From positions 21,286 through 85,285 of the forward strand of contig DAOKYU010000009.1 of the NCBI GenBank assembly GCA_035325995.1: 64,000 nucleotides of DNA. Reading direction: 5' to 3'. This stretch comes from Thermodesulfobacteriota bacterium. Lineage in GTDB: Bacteria > Desulfobacterota_D > UBA1144 > Nemesobacterales > UBA2774. Made by a program: the position numbers and the translations under genes. Below, one piece after another: positions 8,167 to 16,863 of the stretch. The first letter of the stretch is position 1; every line of letters begins with the position of its first letter. The notes below the pieces were generated by a model. The model did not search any database and was not told where the DNA came from. It saw only the letters and a program-made list of their open reading frames with translations.

Positions 8167-9689
8167 TGGCGGTAACCGACAAGGAGCGCAAACTCGCGGC
8201 GACCCTGAGCGATCCCGTGTTGTGGGGGCAAGCCTACCTCTACAACCGGGATGGCTCAGGCCGCGACTACTGGCCGCACCAGGTGGAGGACCTGCGCTGC
8301 CCTGCCAAGAACATCATCCACCTCGACGGCCGGGACGTGGGCAAGTCCATCGTGCTCTCGACCGACGCGCTCCATTACGCCTTCACCACCCGAGGCGGCC
8401 AGGGCCTCATCGCGGCTCCGCACCAGGGGCACCTTGATACCATCATCGAGGAGATCGAGTTCCAGCTCGACACCAACCCGGATCTGATGAACAGCATCGC
8501 CCTGACCAAGTACGGCAAGCCCAAGATCCACCGCAAACCCTACTTCCGGCTGGAGTTCACCAACGGTTCGGTGCTCTATTTCCGCCCGGCCGGGGCTTAT
8601 GGCGACGCCTTCCGGTCCCTGCACGTGAGCCGCGTCTGGGTCGATGAAGGAGCCTGGCTGACCGAGCGTGCCTGGAAGGCGCTGCGCCAGTGCCTCAAGG
8701 CCGGGGGGACGCTACGCATCTACTCCACGCCCAACGGCCTGCGCGACACCACCTATTACCGGCTCACCTCGTCGGATCAGTTCCATGTGTTCCGCTGGCC
8801 GTCCTGGCTCAATCCCCTGTGGACCGAGGAGCGCGAGGCCGAACTGCTGGAGTTCTACGGCGGCCGCGACAGCTCCGGCTGGCAACACGAGGTGGCCGGT
8901 GAACACGGCAAGCCCTCCTATGGGGCCTTCAATGTCGAGCAGTTCAACCTCTGTCGGCAGGATCTGCTGGAGTATCAGAAGATCGTCATCACCGATTCCG
9001 AGCTGCGCGACTGCGACACCGAGGAAGCGGCCCACGACCGGCTGGAGATGCTGCTCAACCTCACGCCCCGCAGCGGGCAGTTCTGGATCGGTGGCGACCT
9101 GGGCTACACCAACGACCCCACCGAGATCGTCGTATTCCAGGAGACGGAGATCGGCGAGCGGACGCTGCTGAAGATGATCCTGCGCGTGCATCTTGAACAC
9201 GTTTCCTATCCGCACATCGCCCAGATCATCGCGCTGCTGGAGCGTTACTACACCCCGGCGGGCATCGGCGTGGACAATGGCGGCAACGGTCTGGCCGTGG
9301 TTCAGGAGCTGCTCACCCTGGACAAGTACAAGGGGCTTGAGTTGGAAGGCAGGCTCAAAGGATACGATTTCGGCGGCATGACCCGGCTGGCGGTCCGCGA
9401 CGGCAAGGAAGTCAAGAAGCGCACCAAGGAGCTGATGACCAGCCTCATCAACGGAGCCCTGCAGCGCAAGCAGGTCATTTTCCCCTCGGACGACCTGGAA
9501 GTGGAAGACCAGTTCACCACCCACACCTACACCCTGCGGGACGGCAAGATCATCTATTCCAAGGGCAACGACCACATCATCGACGCGGTCCGCTGTGCCA
9601 TGCTGATCCGGGAAGAAGGCAACCTCGACCCGGTCGGCGAAGAGGTGGTTTCGCTCAAGCCCGTGCTCACCAATCCGGTCTTCATCTGA
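8166..9689 (+). CDS. terminase large subunit
   Basis: N-terminal ATPase (HLDGRDVGKS Walker-A-like). C-terminal RNaseH-like nuclease with GGDLGYTNDPTEIVVF ... DHIIDAVRCA. Position before portal. Confidence 0.75.
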   Translation: MAVTDKERKLAATLSDPVLWGQAYLYNRDGSGRDYWPHQVEDLRCPAKNIIHLDGRDVGKSIVLSTDALHYAFTTRGGQGLIAAPHQGHLDTIIEEIEFQLDTNPDLMNSIALTKYGKPKIHRKPYFRLEFTNGSVLYFRPAGAYGDAFRSLHVSRVWVDEGAWLTERAWKALRQCLKAGGTLRIYSTPNGLRDTTYYRLTSSDQFHVFRWPSWLNPLWTEEREAELLEFYGGRDSSGWQHEVAGEHGKPSYGAFNVEQFNLCRQDLLEYQKIVITDSELRDCDTEEAAHDRLEMLLNLTPRSGQFWIGGDLGYTNDPTEIVVFQETEIGERTLLKMILRVHLEHVSYPHIAQIIALLERYYTPAGIGVDNGGNGLAVVQELLTLDKYKGLELEGRLKGYDFGGMTRLAVRDGKEVKKRTKELMTSLINGALQRKQVIFPSDDLEVEDQFTTHTYTLRDGKIIYSKGNDHIIDAVRCAMLIREEGNLDPVGEEVVSLKPVLTNPVFI

Positions 9690-9693
9690 TCGC

Positions 9694-9732
9694 ATCCTCC
9701 GACGCTTTCCACCCCGCTCCGGTAAGTAACCG
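9694..9732 (+). promoter_or_regulatory. copy 2 of conserved late-module motif (CCTCCGAC..CTCCGGTAAGTAACC) upstream of portal
   Basis: Intergenic, 33 bp upstream of the portal ORF. Confidence 0.5.
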
Positions 9733-9764
9733 GCATCGAGCCGGGTTCGGCCCACACGGGCCGG

Positions 9765-11312
9765 ATGTGCGGCTGTCATGGCCGAAACTACCGAGAGGAT
9801 CACGTGGAAAGCACTGCCCATCAGGACGACCAACCCGAAAGCCTGGACACCACCGGCTTTGTCATCGCGCCGCTGGCCGCAGCGGCCGCGCTCGACTCGG
9901 CCGCCTTCAGCAAGGTCAACGCCACCGAAGCGATTCCGGCCACCTGGGAAGAACGCGCCCGCAAGGCCTGGGAATACTACGTCGAGGAGCCGTTGGTGAA
10001 GAACTGCGTCAACTCCTGGCGCACCTTCGCCGTGGGCGACGAGATCAAGATCACCAGCGATGACGAGACCCTTAAGGAGCAGGCCCTGGAGGCCGCCTGG
10101 CGGTTGAACATCACGCAGTTCATCAAGGACATGGTTCTTCAACTCCTGGTGAAAGGCGACGCCATCGGCTTCAAGCGCTTTACCAAGTCCGGCCAGGACA
10201 TCGAGGAACTGGTCTGCGTCAACCCGGTTTCGGTCAAGGTTAAATACGCCCAGGGCGAACTGATCGAGGCCCGGCAATTTCCCGAGGACACCCCCGGCGG
10301 CGGGGAATCCATCCCGCTGCCCGTCGAGCAGGTGGTCCACCTCAAATGGGACGCACCGGCCTTCTCGCCCCGGGGTAACTCCCTCGTGCTTCCCGCTTTT
10401 CAAGCCATCGAACTGCTGCGCGACTACCGCCGGGCCGAACAGGCCATCGCCAAACGCTGGGCCACGCCGTTTCGCCTGCTCAAGGTGGGCGGCGCGTTCG
10501 GCCAGAAGATGGTGATGCCGGACCAGCGGATGCTCGAACAGGTTCGCGACATGGTCAACAAGATGGACATGAAAAGCGGCCTGGTGGTCCCGTTCTACGT
10601 CAATGTCGAAACCCACGGCACCGACGGCCAGGTCCTCAACGTCGAGGACAAGGTCAAGGAGGTGAAGGAAGACATCGTGGTGGCCCTGGGTCTGTCACGC
10701 TCGCTGGTGACCGGCGATGGCCCTAATTTCGCCACCGCCTCGGTGAGCATGCAGAAGATGATGGTCATGATCCGCGAGATCAAACAGGCCGCACGCAAGC
10801 TCCTCGACTGGGTGTTCGATGACTGGATGGAGCTGAACGGCCACGGCGACAAAAGCATCCAGTTCATCTTCAACGACCTCGACCCCAGCGACGCGGTCGA
10901 TTTCAAGAAGCTCCTCATCGAACTCTACGACCGCAAACTCATCAGCCGCTCCAGCCTTCAGCTCAAGATGGACCTGGACCCGGACATCGAGGCTGCCAAC
11001 CGCGAGACAGAACGTAAGCAGATCGACCTGATGGACGAGAAACAGGTGAAGCCGGTGGTGGATATGGTCGTCTCCGGCATCCTGAGCGTGCCTCGCGCCC
11101 GGAAGATGCTCGGGATTCCGGCCGAGGACAATGAACCCACGGCGGAGGCTGCATTGGTCTGGTCGGGCGACCTGGAGTCCACCGGCGATGCGGCCGTGTG
11201 CGACGAGTGCAGCCACTTCATCGCTGACACCAACCACTGCCGGGTCCACAACAGCGAGCGCACTTTCGACGCCCCGGCCTGTCGTTTCATCGACCGTCGG
11301 GAGCCCCGCTGA
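9765..11312 (+). CDS. portal protein
   Basis: 515-aa ORF immediately after TerL and before MuF-like head protein. Start uncertain, with alternative GTG at 9804 after a GAGAGG RBS-like hexamer (9794-9799). Confidence 0.65.
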   Translation: MCGCHGRNYREDHVESTAHQDDQPESLDTTGFVIAPLAAAAALDSAAFSKVNATEAIPATWEERARKAWEYYVEEPLVKNCVNSWRTFAVGDEIKITSDDETLKEQALEAAWRLNITQFIKDMVLQLLVKGDAIGFKRFTKSGQDIEELVCVNPVSVKVKYAQGELIEARQFPEDTPGGGESIPLPVEQVVHLKWDAPAFSPRGNSLVLPAFQAIELLRDYRRAEQAIAKRWATPFRLLKVGGAFGQKMVMPDQRMLEQVRDMVNKMDMKSGLVVPFYVNVETHGTDGQVLNVEDKVKEVKEDIVVALGLSRSLVTGDGPNFATASVSMQKMMVMIREIKQAARKLLDWVFDDWMELNGHGDKSIQFIFNDLDPSDAVDFKKLLIELYDRKLISRSSLQLKMDLDPDIEAANRETERKQIDLMDEKQVKPVVDMVVSGILSVPRARKMLGIPAEDNEPTAEAALVWSGDLESTGDAAVCDECSHFIADTNHCRVHNSERTFDAPACRFIDRREPR

Positions 11313-14300
11313 TGCCGTCGGACCTCAAGCAGCGCATCCATGCTGCCACCCTAAAGAGCCTTACGGCCCGCAACCGCTACAACGACCAGGTCACGGCCCA
11401 GCTTACCCAGGCGCTGAAACAGGCCGAAGACGAGGTCGCCCGCGCCATCCTCCAGTACCGCTCCCTCGGCTCCCTGCCGGACAACAAGCTCGCCGCCCTC
11501 AAGGGGCTGGAAAAGCTCCAGCTCGAACTCGACGACACCATGAAGCGGCTCAAACGGGAGCAGACCCTGCTCTTTCGCAAGACGACCAAGGACTCCTTCA
11601 AGCTCGGCATCCAGCAGGGAATCGGAGAGCTCGCCGACTCAGCGCTGCCGTTCTACGCCGACCTGAAGCCCGAGGGCATCGACAAGCTGGCCACCAAGGT
11701 GTTCACCATCGTCGACACCAATGCCCTCGACTTCATGGCGCAGTACAACCTCACACTCGCCGGTGACGTCCACCGCGAACTCGCAGACGGCATCAAGCGC
11801 ACCATCCTGAACGGCGTCGCCACGGGCAAGGGAGCCGACGACATCGTCCGGGATATGGGCAAGGTGATCGTCGACAAGGACTCCTTTCGCCAGGCCGGAA
11901 GCCGGGTGTTCAGCAAGGCGCAGTACCGCATGGAGATGATCGCCCGCACCGAGGTTCTCCGCGCCCACAACATGGGCAGGCTCAAGTTCCACGAGCGGGT
12001 CGGCATCCAGAAGCTGGAATGGCTGGCTATGGAGGACGAGCGCATGTGCCCGGTCTGCGGCGGCCTGGACGGCAAGACCTTTCCCATCGACAAGTTCCCC
12101 CAGCAACCCGCGCATCCGCACTGCCGCTGCACCAACATCGTGGCCTGGCCGATGACCGTCTGCGGTAGCGAGATGGCCGCCAAGGCAGCCGCCCAGGCAT
12201 CGCAGGGGGACGCATGCATTCTCCCGCCCCATGTGCTGGAAGGCATGGCCGACGCCCAGGCCAAGGAGAACGCCAAGCTCAAGAGCGCCTTTGAAAACGG
12301 CGACATCGCCGACCTCGGTTCGCTGACGGTCAAACAGCTCCAGACCCTGGCGAAACAGAACGGCGTGGCCATTGCCCGGACCAAGGCCGATTTCATCAAG
12401 ATGCTCGATCTGGCCGAACCGGGGATCGATCACGGCGACCTGGCCGGAGCGGCACTCAGCGCCAAGCTCAAGGAACACAAGATCGGCCTGCTGCGGACCA
12501 AGGAAGAACTGGTCGAGCTGCTCGGACTGAAGCAGGCGGAACTCAAACAGGCCAAGCTGCTCGCCGCCCAGTTGGCGAAGATCCCTCCCGCCGAGGGGCT
12601 GGAGGGCATGACCGCTCAGCAGCTCAAGGAGATGGCGAAGGAGAACGGTATCTCCCTCAACATGACCAAGCAGGAGACCATCGAGCTGCTGGATAAGCTG
12701 GAACCCGGCGTGGATCACAGCGGCCTGATGGGCAAGGAACTCGCGGCGGCCAAACAGAAGCACGGCATCGGCATCCTCAAGAACAAGCAGCAGCTCGTTG
12801 AGGCGCTGCAGAAGAAGGCCGGTGCCGACATGGCCGAGTCGGTCAAGAAAAAGGCAGTCGACGAGGCCAAACAAAAGCTGCTCCTGAAACAGAAAACGGC
12901 ACTCGAAGACGCCGCCAAGGCCGTGGTCGTTCCCGACACGCCGACCGGCTACAAGGATTTCCTCGACGCGATTGCCAAGGTGGAACAGGCGGTTTCCGGC
13001 GGCACAGATCTACCCCAGGATCTGCTGGCGGCCCACAGCAAGGAAATCGCCCTCAAGAAACAGCTCTTTCAGGATCAGATCGGCAAGCTGAAATCGACGG
13101 AGCTCAAGACGCTCGCCAAGGAGACCAAGGTCCAGTATTGGCAGTGGGCCAACAAAGACGAGCTGGCCACGCTCTTCACCGAGACCGATCCCGCGAAAAT
13201 CAAAGCGGTTCAGGCCAGCATCGACACCAAGCACGCAGCCTGGGCCGAAAAACATGGCGGCAAGAAGAAAACCGCACCGGCCAAGCCCGCCACGCCGAAG
13301 AAAGAGCCACCGAAACCGGCTCCGCAGCCGATCCCGGTCAAGCCGCCCGAGCCCAAGATCGGCAAGAAAGGCGCGGAGTTCGCCACCGTCGATACCGCGT
13401 GGCAGCAGAAGGGCCTGTCTTCGAAATTCAAGAAATCCGGCAAGGCCGCTGTCGGCGGCGCACACGAAAAGGAGTTCTGGACCGACGAAAACGGCGACAA
13501 ATGGCTGTTCAAGCCCATTGGCCGCAAGGATGACGAGTTCATCGCTTTCGGAGAGGAAGCCGCGTACAAGATCGGTCGCCTGATCGACCCTCATTCCATC
13601 GAGGTGCGCACCATCCAGTTGAACGGCCGCACCGGCTCCATCCAGAAATGGCGCACCGATCTGCGGGACGACTTCGATTTTCGCAACATCCTGCCCCAGG
13701 ATCTGACCACCATCGAACTGGAGCAGATCCAGCGCGAGCATGTGGTCGACTGGCTGATCGCCAACCACGACGGACACTCCAAGCAATTCATCCGCGCCCG
13801 GGACGGTCGCGTCTACGGCATCGACAAAGGCCAGGCCTTCAAGTTTCTGGGTCAGGACAAGCTCTCGCTCGACTATCACCCCAACGGCGTCTGCGGCGAG
13901 GAAGAGCCGTTTTACAACAAGGTCTTCCGGGCGGCCAAGGAAGGGAAGGTACGGGTCGATCCGAACGCGACCCTGCGCTACATCCAGGAAGTCGAAAAGA
14001 TCGCCGACGAGGATTACCTCGATCTGCTGCGGCCTTACGCCGAGGGACGGTTCGCCAAGGACCCGGCCGGGCTGCGGCATTTCTACGATCTGGCCTTGGA
14101 GCGGAAACACAATCTCCGGCGGGACTTCGAGGGTTATTACGCCGATGTGCTGGGGGATCGGGGCTTCCGTTTCGACAAGCTGAGCGCCGCCACCGGCAAG
14201 AAAAAGCTGCTCTCCTCCGCCGAAGAGACCCTGGTCGAGGAGGCCCGCAAACTCGGCTGGCAAGGCAAGACGTTGCCCTTCGACAGCGGCGACGTGGAGG

Positions 14301-15901
14301 ACCAGAACGCGCTGATCTTCACTGAGAGCTTCAAGGGGAAGAAGCGCACCGTGGTGAAGATGAAGATCCGGCCGGACACCGACCGCCGCATCGACGAGGT
14401 GCTGCGCAGGTATGTGCAGACGGCTGCCGGGGAAAAGGGACAACCGCTGGTCGAAGACAGCTTCTTTCCGACGATTCTGGACGCCGTCAAAAACGTCAAT
14501 TTCCACGTGGGCGACGGCAAGTACAACCGGACCAAGATCGACAAGGCCCTGCGCCTGCGCAAGAAACTGGAGACCCTACAAAAGAGCGCCGACCCCAAGG
14601 TCAAGGAGATGGCGGACCATTATCTGAAATGGGTCAAGGAGATCGAAGAATCCGTCGACTGGGACCGGGCCACCAACGGCGTTTTTGAGCAGTATCTGCC
14701 CAAGCTCGACGCGCAGAAACCCAAGGAGAAACCGCCGTTCAAGGTGGAACGCGGCAAGGTGACCCACACCAAGCGCAGGATCAGTTCCGGCACCATCACC
14801 GTCGAGGCCGACGACATCGACAACCGGACGCTGTTCAATCACAACTCCCGCATGCAGGACGGGCACCAGTACACCGTCACCTTCGAGGACGGCACCCGGG
14901 TCCGCTATCGCCCCTGGTCGGACACCAACCTTTATGCCCAGCGCGGAGAGCTGGAAATGATCCTGGATGGCGATGCCACCCCCGGACGGGTCGAAGCGAT
15001 GCTGGAAAAGCTCGAACAGCTCGGCATCGACACCCGGGTGGCCACGGCGGAAAACGCGGAGCAGATGTATCTCGAAAAGCTCGCCTACATCCGCAAGACC
15101 GACAAGAGCGCCGACTACAAACGACTGCAGAAATCCCTCGACGACCGCAACGCCACCACCACCGAGCGGGTCCAGGCTCTGCGCGGCTATTGGCAAAAGG
15201 AACTTGGCGTCCAGGACATCACCCAGCTTTCCGGATACAACCCGCTGGGCGAATATCAGGCGGGCTTTCTGGACCGCGACGCCAAGGGCGGATACCGGCA
15301 CCAGCTCCGGTTCGACATCACTGAGGAGGACCTGGAAAAACAGATGAAGGGCTATTCGCTGGTCCACGATCTGACCAACGGCGAGAGTATGTCCGGCTTC
15401 ATCGACTTGATCATGGAGAACAACGGAGCCATGGTCAGCACGGTCGAGAAGATGCGCATGGGCGTGGCTCCGGGCGGAATGTCCCCGGTGGCTGACATGC
15501 AGACCGGCGGCGCGAGCTATTTCTTCACCCGGATCAAGAAGCAACCGGCCAGCGACGCCTCACCGGCCCTCTATTTCAAGAAACAGATGCTGCGGCGCAT
15601 GGACGCCATCAGCTACGACCATGACGCCTACGGCAAGGTGATTGATGACTACGTGCAGCGCAACCGGGGGGCCAGCATCGACGACTGGAAGCGGTTCTCG
15701 CAGCGCCATGGCAACGAGACCATCTTCAAATACTCGGTGACGCTGCTGGACAACATCGAATTCATCGTCGCCAGAAGCGACAACGAACGCCGGGAGATCA
15801 TCCAGAGTTTCACCCGGCGCGGCATCAAGAAACTGCCCGACGGGCGCAAGGTGGAGGACATCGTCCATACCCCGCAAAGCTGGAGCAAACGCAAACAATG
15901 A
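11312..15901 (+). CDS. MuF/SPP1-gp7-family minor head protein with a ~1,100-aa C-terminal extension (HeH/Rho-N-like repeats, P/K-rich linker, atypical-kinase-like core)
   Basis: MuF motif region MCPVCGGLDG...HPHCRC. Three to four ~45-aa HeH-like repeats (LTVKQLQTLAKQNGVAIARTKADFIKML...). Linker KKKTAPAKPATPKKEPPKPAPQPIPVKPPEPK. Then WLFKPIGRK / LIANHDGHSKQF / GIDKGQAF resembling the HipA/PI3-4K catalytic core. Confidence 0.7.
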   Translation: MPSDLKQRIHAATLKSLTARNRYNDQVTAQLTQALKQAEDEVARAILQYRSLGSLPDNKLAALKGLEKLQLELDDTMKRLKREQTLLFRKTTKDSFKLGIQQGIGELADSALPFYADLKPEGIDKLATKVFTIVDTNALDFMAQYNLTLAGDVHRELADGIKRTILNGVATGKGADDIVRDMGKVIVDKDSFRQAGSRVFSKAQYRMEMIARTEVLRAHNMGRLKFHERVGIQKLEWLAMEDERMCPVCGGLDGKTFPIDKFPQQPAHPHCRCTNIVAWPMTVCGSEMAAKAAAQASQGDACILPPHVLEGMADAQAKENAKLKSAFENGDIADLGSLTVKQLQTLAKQNGVAIARTKADFIKMLDLAEPGIDHGDLAGAALSAKLKEHKIGLLRTKEELVELLGLKQAELKQAKLLAAQLAKIPPAEGLEGMTAQQLKEMAKENGISLNMTKQETIELLDKLEPGVDHSGLMGKELAAAKQKHGIGILKNKQQLVEALQKKAGADMAESVKKKAVDEAKQKLLLKQKTALEDAAKAVVVPDTPTGYKDFLDAIAKVEQAVSGGTDLPQDLLAAHSKEIALKKQLFQDQIGKLKSTELKTLAKETKVQYWQWANKDELATLFTETDPAKIKAVQASIDTKHAAWAEKHGGKKKTAPAKPATPKKEPPKPAPQPIPVKPPEPKIGKKGAEFATVDTAWQQKGLSSKFKKSGKAAVGGAHEKEFWTDENGDKWLFKPIGRKDDEFIAFGEEAAYKIGRLIDPHSIEVRTIQLNGRTGSIQKWRTDLRDDFDFRNILPQDLTTIELEQIQREHVVDWLIANHDGHSKQFIRARDGRVYGIDKGQAFKFLGQDKLSLDYHPNGVCGEEEPFYNKVFRAAKEGKVRVDPNATLRYIQEVEKIADEDYLDLLRPYAEGRFAKDPAGLRHFYDLALERKHNLRRDFEGYYADVLGDRGFRFDKLSAATGKKKLLSSAEETLVEEARKLGWQGKTLPFDSGDVEDQNALIFTESFKGKKRTVVKMKIRPDTDRRIDEVLRRYVQTAAGEKGQPLVEDSFFPTILDAVKNVNFHVGDGKYNRTKIDKALRLRKKLETLQKSADPKVKEMADHYLKWVKEIEESVDWDRATNGVFEQYLPKLDAQKPKEKPPFKVERGKVTHTKRRISSGTITVEADDIDNRTLFNHNSRMQDGHQYTVTFEDGTRVRYRPWSDTNLYAQRGELEMILDGDATPGRVEAMLEKLEQLGIDTRVATAENAEQMYLEKLAYIRKTDKSADYKRLQKSLDDRNATTTERVQALRGYWQKELGVQDITQLSGYNPLGEYQAGFLDRDAKGGYRHQLRFDITEEDLEKQMKGYSLVHDLTNGESMSGFIDLIMENNGAMVSTVEKMRMGVAPGGMSPVADMQTGGASYFFTRIKKQPASDASPALYFKKQMLRRMDAISYDHDAYGKVIDDYVQRNRGASIDDWKRFSQRHGNETIFKYSVTLLDNIEFIVARSDNERREIIQSFTRRGIKKLPDGRKVEDIVHTPQSWSKRKQ

Positions 15902-16410
15902 CCATGAAGGACTTTATCGAGCAGGAGAAACGAAGGCTGCAGGAAGCGCTGCACTGGTTCAACAACCGGGGCAGCCGCATGACCCTAAGGGAATCCGGGG
16001 ATCTCTTTCTGGATACCCTGGTGGACAGCTTCACCGTCACCCGGATCGCACCCCATTTCGACGCCGTAGGCAACCATCTGCGCACCGATTTCTGGCTGTT
16101 GTGGAAGGCGCTTGGCTACGACGAAGGCTTTCAGCACGCCCACACCGTCAAGGTCGTCGATGTCCGGGTCGAAGATACCCTGACGGCCGAACATGACGGC
16201 AAGGAGGCCGAAGGCTGGCTGATTGTCGAGCTGACCGACGATCTGGGCCGGATTCACCATGTCGAAATGATGGAGCCGGTCTCGGAGCCCGAGCTCGCGG
16301 CGGACTGGCAACGCTGGATCGCCTACCGCCAGAAAAACGCCGAAAGATTCCGCCGGATCGACGCCCAGCTTCTGGCCGAGCATCTCCGGATCGCGGAGGA
16401 CTGGTCATGA
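15898..16410 (+). CDS. hypothetical phage protein
   Basis: ATGA-coupled ORF, no recognisable domain. Confidence 0.4.
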   Translation: MTMKDFIEQEKRRLQEALHWFNNRGSRMTLRESGDLFLDTLVDSFTVTRIAPHFDAVGNHLRTDFWLLWKALGYDEGFQHAHTVKVVDVRVEDTLTAEHDGKEAEGWLIVELTDDLGRIHHVEMMEPVSEPELAADWQRWIAYRQKNAERFRRIDAQLLAEHLRIAEDWS

Positions 16411-16760
16411 AACTGCGCTATATGCTCGACTCGATAATCGCAGACCGGCAAGCCACCGCCCCGGAATACGTGCCCGTGGGCGTCTGGGTTCAGGGGCCGG
16501 GTCCCGGTCTGGATGTGGAGATGTACTATCTCGACCGTGGGCCGAACGGGCTTGCCGACCGCAGGGACGAGGCCGCCTGGGTGGTCAACCGTCTGGTCGA
16601 GGCCGGGGCCACCTCGCTTCCGGCGGATTTTCTCGAATACCACCGGCTGTCCCGCTCCCCCTATGACGGGTTCTTTTCCGAGATCACCGAGAGCGACGAA
16701 TACCCCTCCCTCGACGCCTGCGGCAAGGCCGTTCTGACCCGTCTGAACCCCGCCCGCTGA
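16407..16760 (+). CDS. hypothetical phage protein
   Basis: ATGA-coupled ORF. Confidence 0.4.
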   Translation: MKLRYMLDSIIADRQATAPEYVPVGVWVQGPGPGLDVEMYYLDRGPNGLADRRDEAAWVVNRLVEAGATSLPADFLEYHRLSRSPYDGFFSEITESDEYPSLDACGKAVLTRLNPAR

Positions 16761-16772
16761 AATTCGCCGTCA

Positions 16773-16810
16773 CCCTCCGACACATCGCCGACGCTTCCGG
16801 TAAGTAACCG
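16773..16810 (+). promoter_or_regulatory. copy 3 of conserved late-module motif (CCTCCGACACATCGCCGACGCTTCCGGTAAGTAACC)
   Basis: Intergenic, 54 bp upstream of the MTase-protease-scaffold gene. Confidence 0.5.
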
Positions 16811-16863
16811 CTGAACGCTCCCCGCAGGTCGCGGAGAGCACAGCAAACTGACCGGAGACGTTG

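Noticed and set aside
8712-10616. 634-aa minus-strand ORF, and similar long minus ORFs at 16903-19242, 23061-25757, 37649-39043, 38950-40683 and 43430-47089
   Set aside because: They lie antisense to plus-strand genes that have clear domain signatures (TerL, portal, MTase, sheath, baseplate J, fiber). Their translations are Arg/Gly/Ala/Val-rich low-complexity sequence typical of high-GC antisense frames. No RBS or motif support.
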